Shown here one piece after another: positions 1 through 12,929 of a stretch of 64,000 bases of DNA. Made by a program: the position numbers and the translations under genes. The DNA is from Callorhinchus milii (taxonomy: Eukaryota), in assembly GCF_018977255.1 (NCBI RefSeq), contig NW_024704743.1, positions 51,214,001 through 51,278,000 on the forward strand. Reading direction: 5' to 3'. The notes beneath the pieces were generated by a model. The model worked only from the letters and a program-made list of their open reading frames with translations, did not search any database and was not told the DNA's origin. Every line of letters starts with the position of its first letter. The first letter of the stretch is position 1.

Positions 1-158
1 TTTACTGATGTTAATTTTCCTAAATTGCTCACTAACATTAGCTTCTTGGTTCCCCTCTATTTTTGGTAAGCTTTCAGTATCTTCTAAAATGAAGACAGAA
101 GCAAAGTATTTGTTTAATGACTCTCCCATATCTTTAATATCATGTGCCTTTTGCTGGT
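1..158 (-). mobile_element. CR1-clade LINE ORF2 fragment (runs off the window start)
   Basis: Minus strand reads IKDMGESLNKYFASVFILEDTESLPKI, matching the CR1 ORF2 'LNxYFASVFxxED' motif. Confidence 0.75.
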
Positions 159-159
159 C

Positions 160-481
160 AATAATAATAAAAATAATCCTTGCATTTAATATAGCGCCTC
201 ATCACATTTTGAGACATCTCAAAGCTCTTCGCAGAATATACTGTGAAGTGAATTAACTGTATATTTTGTGGTTCAAACTCGGCAGCCAATTGTACACAGC
301 AGTTTCCCACAAACAGTTGTGAATTGAGTGACCAAATGATGATTGATCCGCCAATCAACTAACAACCAGGTCCCTACTTACTGCTAGGTAAACAGGGGCA
401 TGTGCAGTAAGGAAACTTTCTCAACACCCAGCTCCTCTCGCTTGTGAAGAAAAAGCTCTAACCACTAAGCTACAGGACTCC
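160..481 (-). mobile_element. tRNA-derived Deu-domain SINE (long-core form, internally deleted)
   Basis: Head GGAGTCCTGTAGCTTAGTGGTTAGAGC at 481, core TGTTTACCTAGCAGTAAGTAGG, Deu-like CTGTTTGTGGGA..AATTGGCTGCC, tail ATGCAAGGATTATT. Confidence 0.9.
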
Positions 482-565
482 ACAAATGTACCTGGATGGT
501 TTGAATATCAGAGGCCTGAAATTTTAATTAGTCTTAACTTTTAAAATTATTTTAAAGTCACATTT

Positions 566-850
566 GTCCCCCGCCTTGCCCTCCCCACCATTGGCAGGAG
601 GGGCTTCAACCATTCTGCCCCCACCTCTGGAATTCCATCCTGCAGTCCTCCTCCCTTGTCTTCTTCAAGACCCATCTCAAGATCTTCCTCTTCAACCTTG
701 CCTTCAATCACCCTCCTTGCCCCCTGCCCACCACCCTCCCCGATCCCGACCCCCAGCTTGGGACTGAAACATTGATTGTCTAGCACCTTGGGATGTCCTC
801 CCGATGTGAAAGGCACTGTACAAATATGATTTTGTTGTTTTTGTTTGTTT
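566..850 (+). mobile_element. L2 LINE 3' end
   Basis: Encodes HSAPxLWNSI-type C-terminus; 3' stem-loop GATGTCCTCCCGATGTGAAAGGCACT followed by a (TTG/TTTG)n tail. Confidence 0.9.
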
Positions 851-2496
851 GTGCAGAATTTAGGAAGATTTTTTAATCCGTTTTTAGTTTTGATTAGGTT
901 CGTTGTTACGAAATGAGAAAGTAGAGCTTCCAAATCAAGACTGAATGTAAGAATAAGAGATCTCTCTGTGCTTTCTTAATTTTCAAGGCTAAATAGCACT
1001 GAAACAAACAGACCTAATAATATATGTGGAGACCATTCATTTCACAGACTCTTCGGTAGCGGAGGTGAAAGAAAATTATACAAAAATGAGTGCTGTGGAA
1101 AATGTGTTCTATGTACTAAATTAGCCTCATCTTATACTCCGAGTATGATGTCAGCTTGCAATGGGAAACGCACATTGATACCGCTGCTTTAAACTTGTCA
1201 AGTTACTTCCACTTCTGTGACATCAAAGGATTGATATCACCTCCCTCTCCATTTCTAGATCTGCAGAATGTCAGCCACTGCGTGCTATCAGTGTCACATC
1301 ACATAATGACAGGGTTATCAATCCAAGAAAGTGCTTTTCCATGACATTAAGATATGCATGCCATCACTCACCATTTGAATGGCAACTTGATACCTCAAAG
1401 TTTGGCATGTGGGAAGACTAAATCATTTTTCTAAGCAAACGTCTAATTATCGATTAGAAGTCTCCAAAAAGTCTTGATATTTTGCGGAACAGAATCGGTG
1501 AATTAAGGACCAATTCAGAGATATCAGCAATTTATTTTAGAACTATGGGGAACACAACACATACTTAATTTTCTCCCTATTATTTATCTTCTGATTCCAG
1601 AGCCACAAAGTTCACATCTTATTGTTGAATGTGTGTAAAGATGATCAAACATCACCAGGTTCTTCATATATCAAATGCAAGAAGAATCCTCTGCCTCATG
1701 GAAATCCATATTGTGGGAGTTAGTCTGCTGACAATGTATATCACTCTTAAAATAAATTTGGCCTTTGCACACTTACTAACACCTACATTATTGCGATAGC
1801 TAGTACAAATAGAAGGCTAAAATATCCCTTTAGCATTTGTATCAGGCGCATGCACCTCTTCATTGATGCAAATTATCATTCAATTTGTGTTATTCTCAAC
1901 CATCCTAAATTCAATGCCAATGTTAGTGTATTTCATTCACCAAATTCAAGAAGAACTTTTAAATGCCTATAATGTCTATAATGTCAAAATGCTTCAGGTA
2001 TAGTGGCATTTTGTGAGAATTCAGTATCAGAATTTTACTTTGACTTTCTACAAAAGTCTAACATTATTTATTCTGTGTTGGTGTAAATATATTTACTTGT
2101 TAAAGTTTTGTAATGCAAAGGCATGTTTCAGTTTCTGTAGAAATTGCCTTACAATGTGCATCCTTGTTTAACAACAGTGTGCTCCAGTGTAGTCAAGGTC
2201 TTTTTGTTATGTCTCTTCACAGCTACATGTCAGCATGCAAACACTACAAGTGTTATGAGATGAAGACCTTAAATAACTAGTTACACATCACTGAAAAATC
2301 TCTCCTCTTGGTTGCAAACTTACACTGCGAGGCAGGCACTGAAAGTATTTTTTATTAGTGGTTGACAAGCATGTACACTCATCAAGATGGAAAGTGCTGA
2401 CAGATATCAAACATTAACCTAGTTCCAGTCTGTTTATCTTATGCCCAAGTACCCCATCACCATCAAGCCCAGTCATTAGTTGTACAAAAAGTGATC

Positions 2497-2910
2497 TAAT
2501 AATAATAATCATTGCATTTTTTATAGTGCCTTATCACGTCATTGAGACATCTCAAAGTGCTTCACAGGATATATTGTAAAGTGGATTGATTGCGTATTTT
2601 CTGGGAGAAATGCAGCAGATAGTTGCATACAGCAATGTCCCACAAACAGCCATGGGACTGTTTTAAGAGACTAATTTTATTTTGGGGAACTGTTGGCCAG
2701 GATATTGGGAGAAACTCCATTCTCTTTTAGAATAGTGCCATGGGTCTTTAACATCCACCAGAACAGGCAGACGGGACCTCGTCACCTCTGACAATGCAAC
2801 ACCCCCACAGCACTGCAATGGACTGTCAACTTAGACAACCTGATTCCAAGACATGAGGCTTGAACCTTCTGACTCAGAGGTGAGAGCACTACAACTGTGT
2901 TAGGCTGTCA
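2497..2910 (-). mobile_element. Older DeuSINE (AmnSINE1/SacSINE1-like)
   Basis: tRNA-like head near 2910, GATGTTAAAGACCCATGGCACTATT Deu-domain segment, L2-type tail. Confidence 0.8.
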
Positions 2911-2919
2911 TACAAACCA

Positions 2920-3048
2920 ATGCCCCCAGAAAGCGATGTGCCAATCGACTGACAACCAGGTTCCTACTCACTGCCTATGGTTTCACCCTGCCTGGGAAAT
3001 GAACCCGCTTACAAGGCGAGTGCAATATCCACTACGTTGCAGGACTCC
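2920..3048 (-). mobile_element. tRNA-SINE 5' fragment (long-core form)
   Basis: GGAGTCCTGCAAC head and AGTAGGAACCTGGTTGTCAGTCGATTGGC core. Confidence 0.75.
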
Positions 3049-3157
3049 TATGTGATATTATGTAAAAATATCAAACCTTTGATTTTAGTGCGTATATGTT
3101 GATATATTGCACTGTATTTAAGTTTAGAATAAAATGTAGCTGTATATAATTATATAA

Positions 3158-3478
3158 GTGGTTTGAGCACCAGCCTCGCAAGCGAGAGATCTGGCTTTGA
3201 TTTTCAGCAAGTCAAAATTTTGGGAGAGTTTCCTTATTCCATCCACATGCTTCTGTTTACCTAGCAGCAAGCAGGAACCGGTTGTTAGTTGATTGTCGGA
3301 TCACTTTTCTGGGGGTAATAATTCCTTTGTGAGACACTGCTGTGCACAATTGGCTGCCACTTTTCGCACACAAAATACACAGTAAATTCACTTTACAGTA
3401 TATTCTGTGAAACACTTTCAAACGTCTCGAAGACGTGACAAGGCACTATATCAAATGCAAGGATTATTATTGCTATAA
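3158..3478 (+). mobile_element. tRNA-derived Deu-domain SINE (long-core form)
   Basis: Head, core CTGTTTACCTAGCAGCAAGCAGGAACC, Deu segment and tail all align to the other copies. Confidence 0.9.
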
Positions 3479-4564
3479 TTATCAATAAACGTAAATGACA
3501 AAATGCACCCAGCAAAGAAGACTCAAGAATTAGGATTTTGGGAGGGATTTATTGTATTTTCTTTTCTCATCACTTTCTTCTCCTGTCTAACACAAGCTGT
3601 TCAGCTGTTCACCATTTGTTACGTTATTCATTTCTTTCTTTATACAGTTTCTTTGTTTCATTTTTAATGTCTTTTTTTTACCCCCTTCCTCCACTCTTTC
3701 CTTTCATTCCTCTGTTTCTCGCTGAAACATTTTTGGTTTCTTGTAGTGTGCTCTTCCCTTTGTCATATATAGTCCCATGAACTTGGTTCCCATTTTTGGA
3801 TCAGTATATGAAACTAATTATATAAATCACAAAAGCTTTACAAAAGCACTGTGTGGTTCCACTCTGTGCGGGATGCAGTTATCTTACTGATCACACAGTC
3901 CAGACAAACAGCATCATTCTAACTGTTCTTTGATTATTATTATTTTCAGGGTTTTTTTTGTTCTTGTTTCATCTCTCTGCTTGCCTTTGTTGTGATCTTT
4001 TATCTTTCCAGCATGCTCCTTTCTTATCTTCCCTTACCTTTTCAGAAAGCACCAAGCAGAACCTATTACACTAGACTCAAAGGACCCCACTAAGTTTCAG
4101 GTTCTGTGTGGTGCCCAGACTGAGCAAGATCTGTTGCTTCATTGCACACATCCAATCTGCCACATTAAGTGCAGGCCAAGATATAATTTGTAATTGAAAT
4201 GCATTTGTGATATCACACAGTCCTGAATGCATTAAAATGCGAGTTAATTAAGATTCACAAGATTAATAGTAAAATATCTATTAATAGCTCTATTAATAAA
4301 ACGCGATGCAGACTCATGTGCATAAATATGAATGATTTAGTGCACATTTGAATAACAATGGCAACACAGCAGAAGCAGCCATATCTAAAGAGGATCTAGG
4401 CAAAAGGTGCAAAATAACAGGACACAACACAAAGATATAATGTAACTCAGTAAAATGTTGAAACCACAGAGGATGGTGAGAATGTGAAATTTGCTGCCAG
4501 AAGCCACAGTTAAAAGCAAAAAATATCAATGCATTTAAGAGACAACTCGGGTATACATGAGGGA

Positions 4565-4715
4565 AAAAGGACATTGCTGTGTGCAAATTGGCCACCTTGT
4601 TTCCTGCAAATAAAGCTGTCACTGCACTTTACAGTTTATATTCTGAAGCGTTTGAGACATCCTCCTGATGTGAAAGGCATTATATTAAATGCAAGGATTG
4701 TTATTACTATTGTTA
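4565..4715 (+). mobile_element. DeuSINE 3' fragment
   Basis: GGACATTGCTGTGTGCAAATTGGC...GAGACATCCTCCTGATGTGAAAGGC...GCAAGGATTGTTATT. Confidence 0.8.
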
Positions 4716-4717
4716 TA

Positions 4718-4840
4718 AGAGGTGTATGGGGAGGGGATTAAGGGGGGTAGAACTTTGTGTGGAGTCTGAACAGCAGCATGGACTATTTGGGCCAAATGAT
4801 CTGTTTCAGTGCCATAGATTCTAAGGAATTCTATGAAATA
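4718..4840 (+). mobile_element. CR1-type 3' tail fragment
   Basis: GCATGGACTATTTGGGCCAAATGATCTGTTTCAGTGC..ATTCTATG resembles CR1 3' UTR ends. Confidence 0.55.
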
Positions 4841-5344
4841 CCCTGGACACTCATAGAGCTGTTCAGCACAACTGATCCATTCGGGAAAGCTCTGATTCGG
4901 CATCCTTGGAATTTCATAGTAATTGAATAATCCAATGTGTGGAGGAGTTTTTGGCTGGCTTCCACCCTGTTGCTAAGATTTGAAGCCTTCAGACTGATGA
5001 AAAACACTAATAATAATTTGAATAATGCTATACTGCTTAAGTTTCTTTGGATAAAAAAGCTGCTCAAATGTTTATTTACTATAAATAATTCGAGACATGG
5101 TTTAAGCTTGTAACAACTTGTCGTTTTTTCATTATTTTCACTGGCTTTAAGTCAGTTTGATCGAAAGTTTGTTGCAAAGAAAAAAATTGTTGCAACATGA
5201 AGAAGGAGTTAAGAATAAAAGAGGCACATTTCTTGATTTTTTTAATAACCTGTTCATAGATTTAGGTGGAATGTCCCTCTCTACAAACCAAAAGATCACA
5301 CTGGCATTATACTGTTTCTTTATTTGTTTCACCCCTTCTCTTCT

Positions 5345-5742
5345 GGAGGCAGGGAAAATTCCATTCAGCTCCTATTAACCTTGCAAGCCAAAGACCTAAT
5401 GGGTAGGGTGGTCCTAGCTGCATAAGCAGTGGGAAAGCTTGCCAGACGGTGCCCTGGATGGCAAGCTATGCAGTTTTAGCTGGTTAGACTCCAGCAGTTC
5501 TCCAACACACATTCTGGGATACCCAAGCTTTGGCTCTTGCCAACCTGCGCCTAATGCTTTCTGGAATTAGGTAAGCAGGATGCGTCCTTCCAGGGAGAGA
5601 ATGTGCATTCCATTCCATTAAACATCTCAGGTGTTTTTATGTGCAAGTGGAATGCATGTAATTCTTTGTTTGGTTTGGATACTCTTAACCATGGTGATGG
5701 GTTTCAGCACGTGTCAGAGACGGGTTGGCCGACCCCAAAAAA
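5345..5742 (+). mobile_element. 3' end of CCHC-knuckle non-LTR retrotransposon family, copy A
   Basis: Aligns to 46215-46626, 50100-50872 and 63095-63365; ends in GGTTGGCCGACCCC plus an A-run. Confidence 0.8.
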
Positions 5743-6569
5743 TTACCTCTTCCCCTCCTGAAAGATGCTGGGGATTTTCCTCACCGGTGCTGGGCAGTCC
5801 TCCAGTACCTAGCTCAAGTAAATCTTTGTTGCATGCAAGTCTGCACATTGAGTGTTGGAAAATATTTAACTGTGTAGGGTTGGGGGGGTGGGGGTTGGGA
5901 AGGGGGTGCTACAGAGGGAATCCTGCCCTCACTTGAAGCCTGCACATGTGTACTTCCCAGCAGCGTTCACTTGGCGATCAGGAGCACAAACATTATCTTG
6001 AGTTTACCAAGCCTAGACAAATTGACTTTCCAAATCTCAGTGCCATAGTCTGACTGCAACTGAGCACTGGGAGAGCATCCTTGAGGAATGCAATGAAAGA
6101 TTCAGGCTCCACTTTCGAAGCTTTAAACCCTTCCCTCAGGTGTGATGTTGACTGTTCAGTATAAATATATTGGAACCTTGACAAGATATCGAAGGACACT
6201 TTTACAGCTAATGAGCTTCCAGCTGTTTAATCAGAGATACAGCACCTGAATATTTCTGTATACCTGTGACACTTACTTCAAAGCCTTCAATCTGAATTAC
6301 TTCAAAGGCATTGCTCCGATTAGCATAGAAATGTTTGCAATTTACCAAAAAAAGCTCTCTTTCCCTCCCCCTCTGTAGATATGATACAGGAGAGGTGTAA
6401 ACAACAAGAATGGTTTCTGTAGCGAACTGCTTTATCACAGAGGGTACAGAATATAGACAACAGTCTTTTAAAGCGAGCTGAAAAATCCAAGTGAGAACTG
6501 GGTCAATTTTTTCTGAAAGAAGAACCTTGGTGAATGAAAAGTGTTGTCTGGTACTCTTCTGCATGTCCC

Positions 6570-6820
6570 TCACCCCTTTTTCTCCACAATTGACAGCCGT
6601 GCTTTCAGCCACTTTGCTCTAAATCTCTGGAACTCCTTGACTCAATCCTTCCATCGTGTCCCTCTTTGCCGGTCTTCAAATAACACCTGAAGACTTTCCT
6701 CTTTGACCGTGCTTTCAGTCACCTCTGCTCTCTTTCCAGCTCAGAGTCAAACTACACCGCTTTTAAGCACTCTGAGACGCTACCCATGTGAAGGGCACTA
6801 TATAAATGCAAGTTGTTGTT
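6570..6820 (+). mobile_element. L2 LINE 3' end
   Basis: GCTTTCAGCCAC..CTCTGGAACTCC..CTGAAGACTTTCCTCTTTGACCG, then stem-loop and GCAAGTTGTTGTT tail. Confidence 0.85.
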
Positions 6821-8138
6821 CAAACTTTTAGACCAACCATGTGGACTGCAACAGTCGTTGCTGGTCCTATGCATTCCCACATTCCTATGTAGCCAACCTA
6901 TGAGACCAAGTGTTTTAAAATATCTATAGAAAGTTCGATTCAAGCATATAATGTAGGAATCAGTGATGACAAATTTATGGGCTAACCTTGGAAGTCAATA
7001 TACTGCTTTTTGTTGGGGGCATGGGAGGATTTGGTCAGCCCGGCACCTGTTACATATGAAATGCATTGTCGTGGGCAAAATCATCCAAACAAACCACTGA
7101 GACTTCCATTTATGCATTGAAATCTGCGTGTCTGAAATGTGTGTACATTATCCGGAGCAAGATGCACCCTGCTCACCTAAAATCCAAGATAGCATTAGGC
7201 ACAGGTTGACAAGAGACAAGGCTTGGGGAACCCAAAGTGTACTTCTCTGGCTTATGTGGCCTGGCAGGGAATGTGTCAATTCACAAATTATGACTACCAT
7301 CATGCTGTCTAATTTTGCCTACATAATACATAATCTCTACACTTTACAGTAAATCCTGTGAATCCTGCCCTAACCGAATGAATATCCAAGTGTTTCAACC
7401 TATCAAATTCTACCCTTTTCAGCTTGTTTCTATTGTGTTGGTAGAGAGAGAGCCTACTGACATCTATAATATTTCCCAATGCACAATGCTGTATAATACT
7501 TTTGCTGTCTCTCTTTGTTTGGTTAAACTGAATAAATCATAAATTTAAATATCAGATAAACAAAAGAAATGGATGTCAGGTTATTCTGCTTTTGAAAGCT
7601 TTAAAGCGTTTCCACTTTTATAATCCAAGCAAAGTAGGGAACAGAATTGACAGATTAGTCTGATGTTACAACTCGGAATAATCCCCCAAATTCTCCATTC
7701 TCTGTGGTAAACAGGCAGTGTAATGTTAAACTTTAGACATGTTTTGTGTGTAGTTCACACAATTAGCCAAAAATATCCTTGAGTGCTTTTGCATCAATTA
7801 CATTGAATAGATTGTGTGGCAAAATACCAATTTATCATACTTTGTTCACAAGCAGGTGTCAAAGCCAAATGGGTGTGATGTCTAGAATTACAGCATTACT
7901 GTACAGACACACATCACAATTAAAAATAGGACAAGGTTAACAAACTGTTATTTGTTCAGCTTTAATTGTCATTCCTCATCTTAGATTCTCTTCATCCACC
8001 CATATATTGTCCACCACATACCTCTGCAAATGTGAGCTCTTCCCTGAGGCAACAGGCACAATGGAACTGCATACCTCTAAGGTTTAGATGACACTCGACA
8101 GTATGGCTGGTTTGGAAGCATATGGAAGGGAAGAGCTA

Positions 8139-8722
8139 TAATAATAATAATAATCCTTGCATTTGATATAGCGCTTTTCACATCTTCTAGATATCTCAAA
8201 GCACTTCACAGAATATACTGTAAAGTGAATTGACTGTATATTTGTGGGCAAAATGTGGCAACCAATTGCGCACAGCAGCCTCCCACAAACAGTCGTGGAT
8301 TGAGTGACCAAATTATTATTTTATTTTTGTCTTGAGGGATTATTATCAAGCATATGGTATACCTGATTTGAAAGGACTAAGGTAGGTTTAGTAGATTGGA
8401 GGTATATTCCCCAGAGCACAGGAGGTTATGGGTAATTTGAGGCAAAAAGTGGCAGCCAATTGCACACAGCAGTGTCCCACAAACAGTCGTGGATTGAGTG
8501 ACCAAATTATTATTGTTTTTTTTTAGGGATTATTATCCCCAGAAAAGCGGGGATAATAATCGATTAACAACTGGGGTCCTACTTACTGCTAGGTAAATAA
8601 AGGTGTGTGGAGTAAGAAAACTGCTCAACATTTCTCCATACTGGGAATAGAACCCAGGATTCTAGCTTGCAAGGCGAGTGCTCTAATTACTGAGCTACAG
8701 GATTCAGTGAGCTGCAGGACTC
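8139..8722 (-). mobile_element. Chimeric SINE: SINE 5' part + 79-bp CR1 fragment + second SINE 3' part
   Basis: Head at ~8705, Deu segment present twice (8250-8310 and 8441-8505), CR1 piece 8362-8440 between them. Confidence 0.85.
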
Positions 8723-10844
8723 GTATAAGGATGACTCACATTCAAGTTAAGTCTCTCACGTATGTAGGCTTGTCTCAAAGTGAAGTACTCCATGCTCCAG
8801 CTGGTATGAAAGTCTCAGCCCACAGTCATATTAGAAATTCCAGGGATATTTCAATGTGTCAGATATTATTACATCTGCTGTCAACACTCCATCTGCACAA
8901 AACCTCAGAACAGTAAAATGTATATTTTATTAACATCACCTGAGACGTTCCAGTTACTAATTACAAGTACTACTTCATTTACATATATTTTTCGGTATAT
9001 CTGACATAATTATAATAGGTGTTATAAGAAACATTGAAGTGCAAAGCTTATCTATATAAAATATGTATTGACTGGGTGATTTCCTGGTAATGAACTGCAG
9101 ATTAACACTTGATAAACTTGGGCAGCTTCATTACACATTGGAATCCGCAATGGTTCATTGTACATCACAAGGGCTGCAATTTTGTCAAGTTAAATTATGG
9201 GGAAAATCATAAATTAGTCATGGAAAAATGTTAGACGGCATGGAAGTTGTAGCAAAACATCACAAATTTCAGACGTGAGTTTTACTATTTTTGTTTTGGT
9301 CAGTCGAGAGTTTTACACATGCGCAAACCTCTTGCTGTGCTTTAGAGTCTCCAGTTCCAGCCATTGGGAACTCACAGAAGCAGTGTTTCTGTTTGCCAGT
9401 TCAAGAGTGTAAAATTTCTCCCCCGAGGGGGATGGGGGGATGGGGGGTGGAAGAACGCAAGGAGGGGGAGATGAAAAAGTGGGCCAGATCACACTTACCC
9501 CTGGAGAACACAAATGCAGGTTAACATAAGGGCAGACATCAGGGACCTCACATTTTGCATGGGGCATTGCTGGAATTGAAGCACACAGCTTGCCAGTACA
9601 AGGTACTGCTCACTAAGCCCACCAGAAACCTGTCTAAACTCTGCTCTCTTTCCAAATAACATGTCACCATGGAGCCAGCTCAGCCCCTTTGAAACCCCCA
9701 CTAACCTCCTCCCATGGAGGTTACTCGCAAGTTGACCTAATATTTTTCCAGTTATTTCTACAATGTTTGAAAGTATATGTAGTTACAGGAAATATAACTC
9801 TCAGTAGATTTTCCAACCATGTAATGAATGTAAAATATTGAAACAATTAGGGTAGTAAATACTCCTCACGCTCTCCACACATCTCTCAACTCTATTCCCC
9901 CAATTCCTAGCCCCTATACCTTTCAGTCTCCTTTCTATCACAGTTTTTGGGATGCTGGCCTTCTCTGTGAAAGTTTTATTTGAAAATATAGCTATCATCT
10001 TTGTTCAAGAAGGGAGTGGGAAAATCATACATTTATTTATTGATTTGGAGCCAGAATTTGAACCTGTCTTCCTGGATACTGGCTGGGTTAAGATGGAATC
10101 TATTTTAGTTGATGCAATACCCATGCTCCATGATAGGAACCTATCAGAAGCTTTAAGATCAGGAGAAGAGATTAGTAATACAAATAAATCAAACCTGGGT
10201 AAAAGCACCCTCATCCACATAGATTAGAAAGTGCAATACAGTAAAATAACAGGCACACAGAGCTACAACACTCTGTGATGAAAATAATAATAATAAAAAT
10301 GAAAATTATATATTTTGCTTGCTCAATATTTTTTAAAAAATGAATCTTAATTTGAAAGCTTGTTTTTTGTAAAACTGTTGAAAATCAGATTCCAAATTAA
10401 AATTGTAATTAACAATTTTCCAGAATTTTGCGTGATATTAAACTTTAAGGCGAAGTGGTCTTATAGGGTAAGACAAGGTGGAATTTGAGTGCTATACCAG
10501 ATTCCTTTAGACTTAGTGATGCTTTAATACTGTGACTCACTCGAGGGGCTCAGGTGACGGGATAAACTGTTCAAGTTTCAATGTCACGGTTCGTCACATC
10601 ATCAGAATCCTCAACTATATCATCAGCCTGTACCACAGTCCTAGTCAGAGTCCATTCCCAAGGTCATATGCACTTGAAGGTACACAATAGGGATACAATA
10701 TTTAACCAAATGGAGGACCTATTGGGATAAAGCATTTTTCAGTTCAAGCATTATGCCTCCTTTGTATTCATTCACAACATACCCATTATATCTCTCTTAT
10801 AATTTGTTTATGCCATAAGTATGATACACAATGGAAAAGATCAC

Positions 10845-11075
10845 AATATAAATTCAGATGAAGATGGCCCTTTGGCCTACCTGATCTCAAAATACTCACC
10901 TTAGTGTCCTCCCATCACAACATCAGCAGTTTTTTAAATGAGTCCAGCACCCTGGCCTCAACCATCCTTGCTGGTAACATGTTCCAGTTGTTATTTACCC
11001 TCTGTGTAAAAAATATGTTCCTGGTATTTGTCCTGGCATTGCCCTTTGCAACTTTAAATCAATGTCTTCTTGTTC
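10845..11075 (-). mobile_element. CR1 LINE 3' fragment
   Basis: Minus strand has TTTTTTACACAGAGGGTAAATAACAACTGGAACATGTTACC (FFTQRVINxWNxLP motif). Confidence 0.75.
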
Positions 11076-11173
11076 AATTATCAGTCCACATCCATACCCT
11101 ATCAAGCTCTCTTTGCAAACATTCTCTGCTTTGCTGCTTCCTCTGATTCCACAATTCACCCCAAACCAGTGTC

Positions 11174-12488
11174 AACTACAACAACAACAACAACCTCAAA
11201 ATGACAATAGTGTAGTGCCTTTCACATCGGGAGGACATCCCAAGGTGACAGGCATTCAGAATATTGGACCCGAGCTGAGGATCGGGATCAGGGTGGGTGG
11301 AGGGCAATGGGGGAAGCATCGTGATCGAAAATGTGGATCGAAGAGGAGGGTCTTGAAATAGGTCTTGAAGGAGGCAAGGGAGGGAGCAAGGCAGTGGGAG
11401 AGCGGGATGGAGTTCGAGAGGGTGGGGGTAGAGTGGTAGAAGGCCTGTCCGCCAATAGTGGGGTGAGCGAAGCGTAGGACGTGAAGCAGGCCAAGCCCGC
11501 TGAGCGGATGGAGCGGGCAAGATAGTAGGGGGTTAGGAGGTCGCAGAGGTAGGGGGGAGCAAGACCATGGAGGGCTTTGAAGGTGAGGACCAAGATCTTG
11601 AACTCTATCCTCTGTGTGATGGGAAGCCAGTGGAGTTGGGCGAGGATGGGCGTGATAGGGTCACGGAGCCTGGTGCAGGAGAGGATATGGGCTGCAAAGT
11701 TCTGGATAATTTGCAGCCTACGGAGGGAGGAGTTGGGGAGGCTGACAAGCAAAGAGTTTGCATAGTCAAGCCTCGATGTAAGGAAAGCGTGTATGAGGGT
11801 CTCGGCGGCCTGCAGTGTGAGACAGTGGCAGAGCCGGGCTATGTTCCGGAGGTGGGGGAAGGCAGAGCGGATCATGGCATGGATGTGGGGTAGAAAGAAT
11901 AGTTGGGGGTCAAACAAGACACCAAAGTTCCGGACTGGCTTAGTAAGGTGGACCATGGATGGTGACACTGTCAGCGCCTGAGGTGTGGAGGTGCTGACGA
12001 GAGCCAATCAGGAGAGCCTCAGTCTTGTTCACATTGAACTGAAGAAAGTTAGCTCTCACCAGAACTTGATGTCTGACAGACATACTGTCAGGACAGCAGT
12101 GCTCCTGGATTCAAGGGTGGAGGCAGAGAGATAGAGTTGTGTGTCATCCACATACATTGACTCCATGTCTGCGGATGATGTCATCAAGAGGGAGCATATA
12201 GATATTGAAGAGGAGGGGAGCCCTGAGGAATGCCGCACAAGATAGTGTGGTGGCTAGAAGAGAAACCATTTGTGGAGATGAAATGGAGGTGGTGTGAGAT
12301 GTACGATCTGAACCAGTCAAGGACAGAACCGTGACGGTTGAGGTGAGAAGAGAGGTGGTGGATGAGCTCAACGTTGTCGAAGGCAGCAGAGAGGTCAATT
12401 AGGTCGAGAAGGCAGAGGGAGCCCTGGTCGCAGTTGGACAGAATGTCATTTGTCACTTTGACCAGGGCTGTTTCTGTGCTGTGGGCAG
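11174..12488 (-). mobile_element. 5'-truncated L2 LINE (RT C-terminal half, frameshifted)
   Basis: ORF pieces DLSAAFD, GIPQGS, YVDDTQLY, AAETLIHAFLTSRLDYANSLL, LHWLPITQRIEFK; (CAA)n tail at 11174-11193. Confidence 0.95.
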
Positions 12489-12552
12489 TGTACCTATTTT
12501 ACACTGCATCTGCAAATCCAGGTCATTAATATATACAAAAATAAAATAAATA

Positions 12553-12608
12553 CAATAACAACTTGCATTTATATGGCGGCCTTCGCTGGGGAACATTGCA
12601 AAGCACTT
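12553..12608 (-). mobile_element. L2 tail-only insertion (degenerate)
   Basis: Stem-loop plus ATATAAATGCAAGTTGTT only. Confidence 0.6.
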
Positions 12609-12929
12609 GGTTTGCTGAATACAATGGAAATGTGGAAATGCTGGAAACCAATTCCATTGGCATGAGTGTCATGAGGGAGGACAAGTACATCTGCTGCACA
12701 TCTGGGTACACTTAATGCACTCAAATATTGAATATATTGCTAAGTTAAGTCCCATTGATGATTTTGATTCAGCAATGAGCTGAAGCTGAATAAACCAGAG
12801 TACTTTTGTTTGATACAATCCAATCTGTCAGCTATTTAGCCCTGTGGGGTTATCAAACCTCGTAGTAGCATTGTGAGGTTTAAAAAAATGCTTGCTTTTT
12901 CATCCCATCCACATGATGTACATGGTATG

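Noticed and set aside
6208..6612. 134-aa minus-strand ORF, and a strong plus-strand acceptor at 6378
   Set aside because: Non-ATG start inside an L2 remnant and no recognisable domain; all three plus frames after the acceptor hit stops within ~45 nt
11567..11981. Plus-strand ORFs MEGFEGEDQD.. (also 36554, 37472, 39365)
   Set aside because: Antisense frames of L2 ORF2
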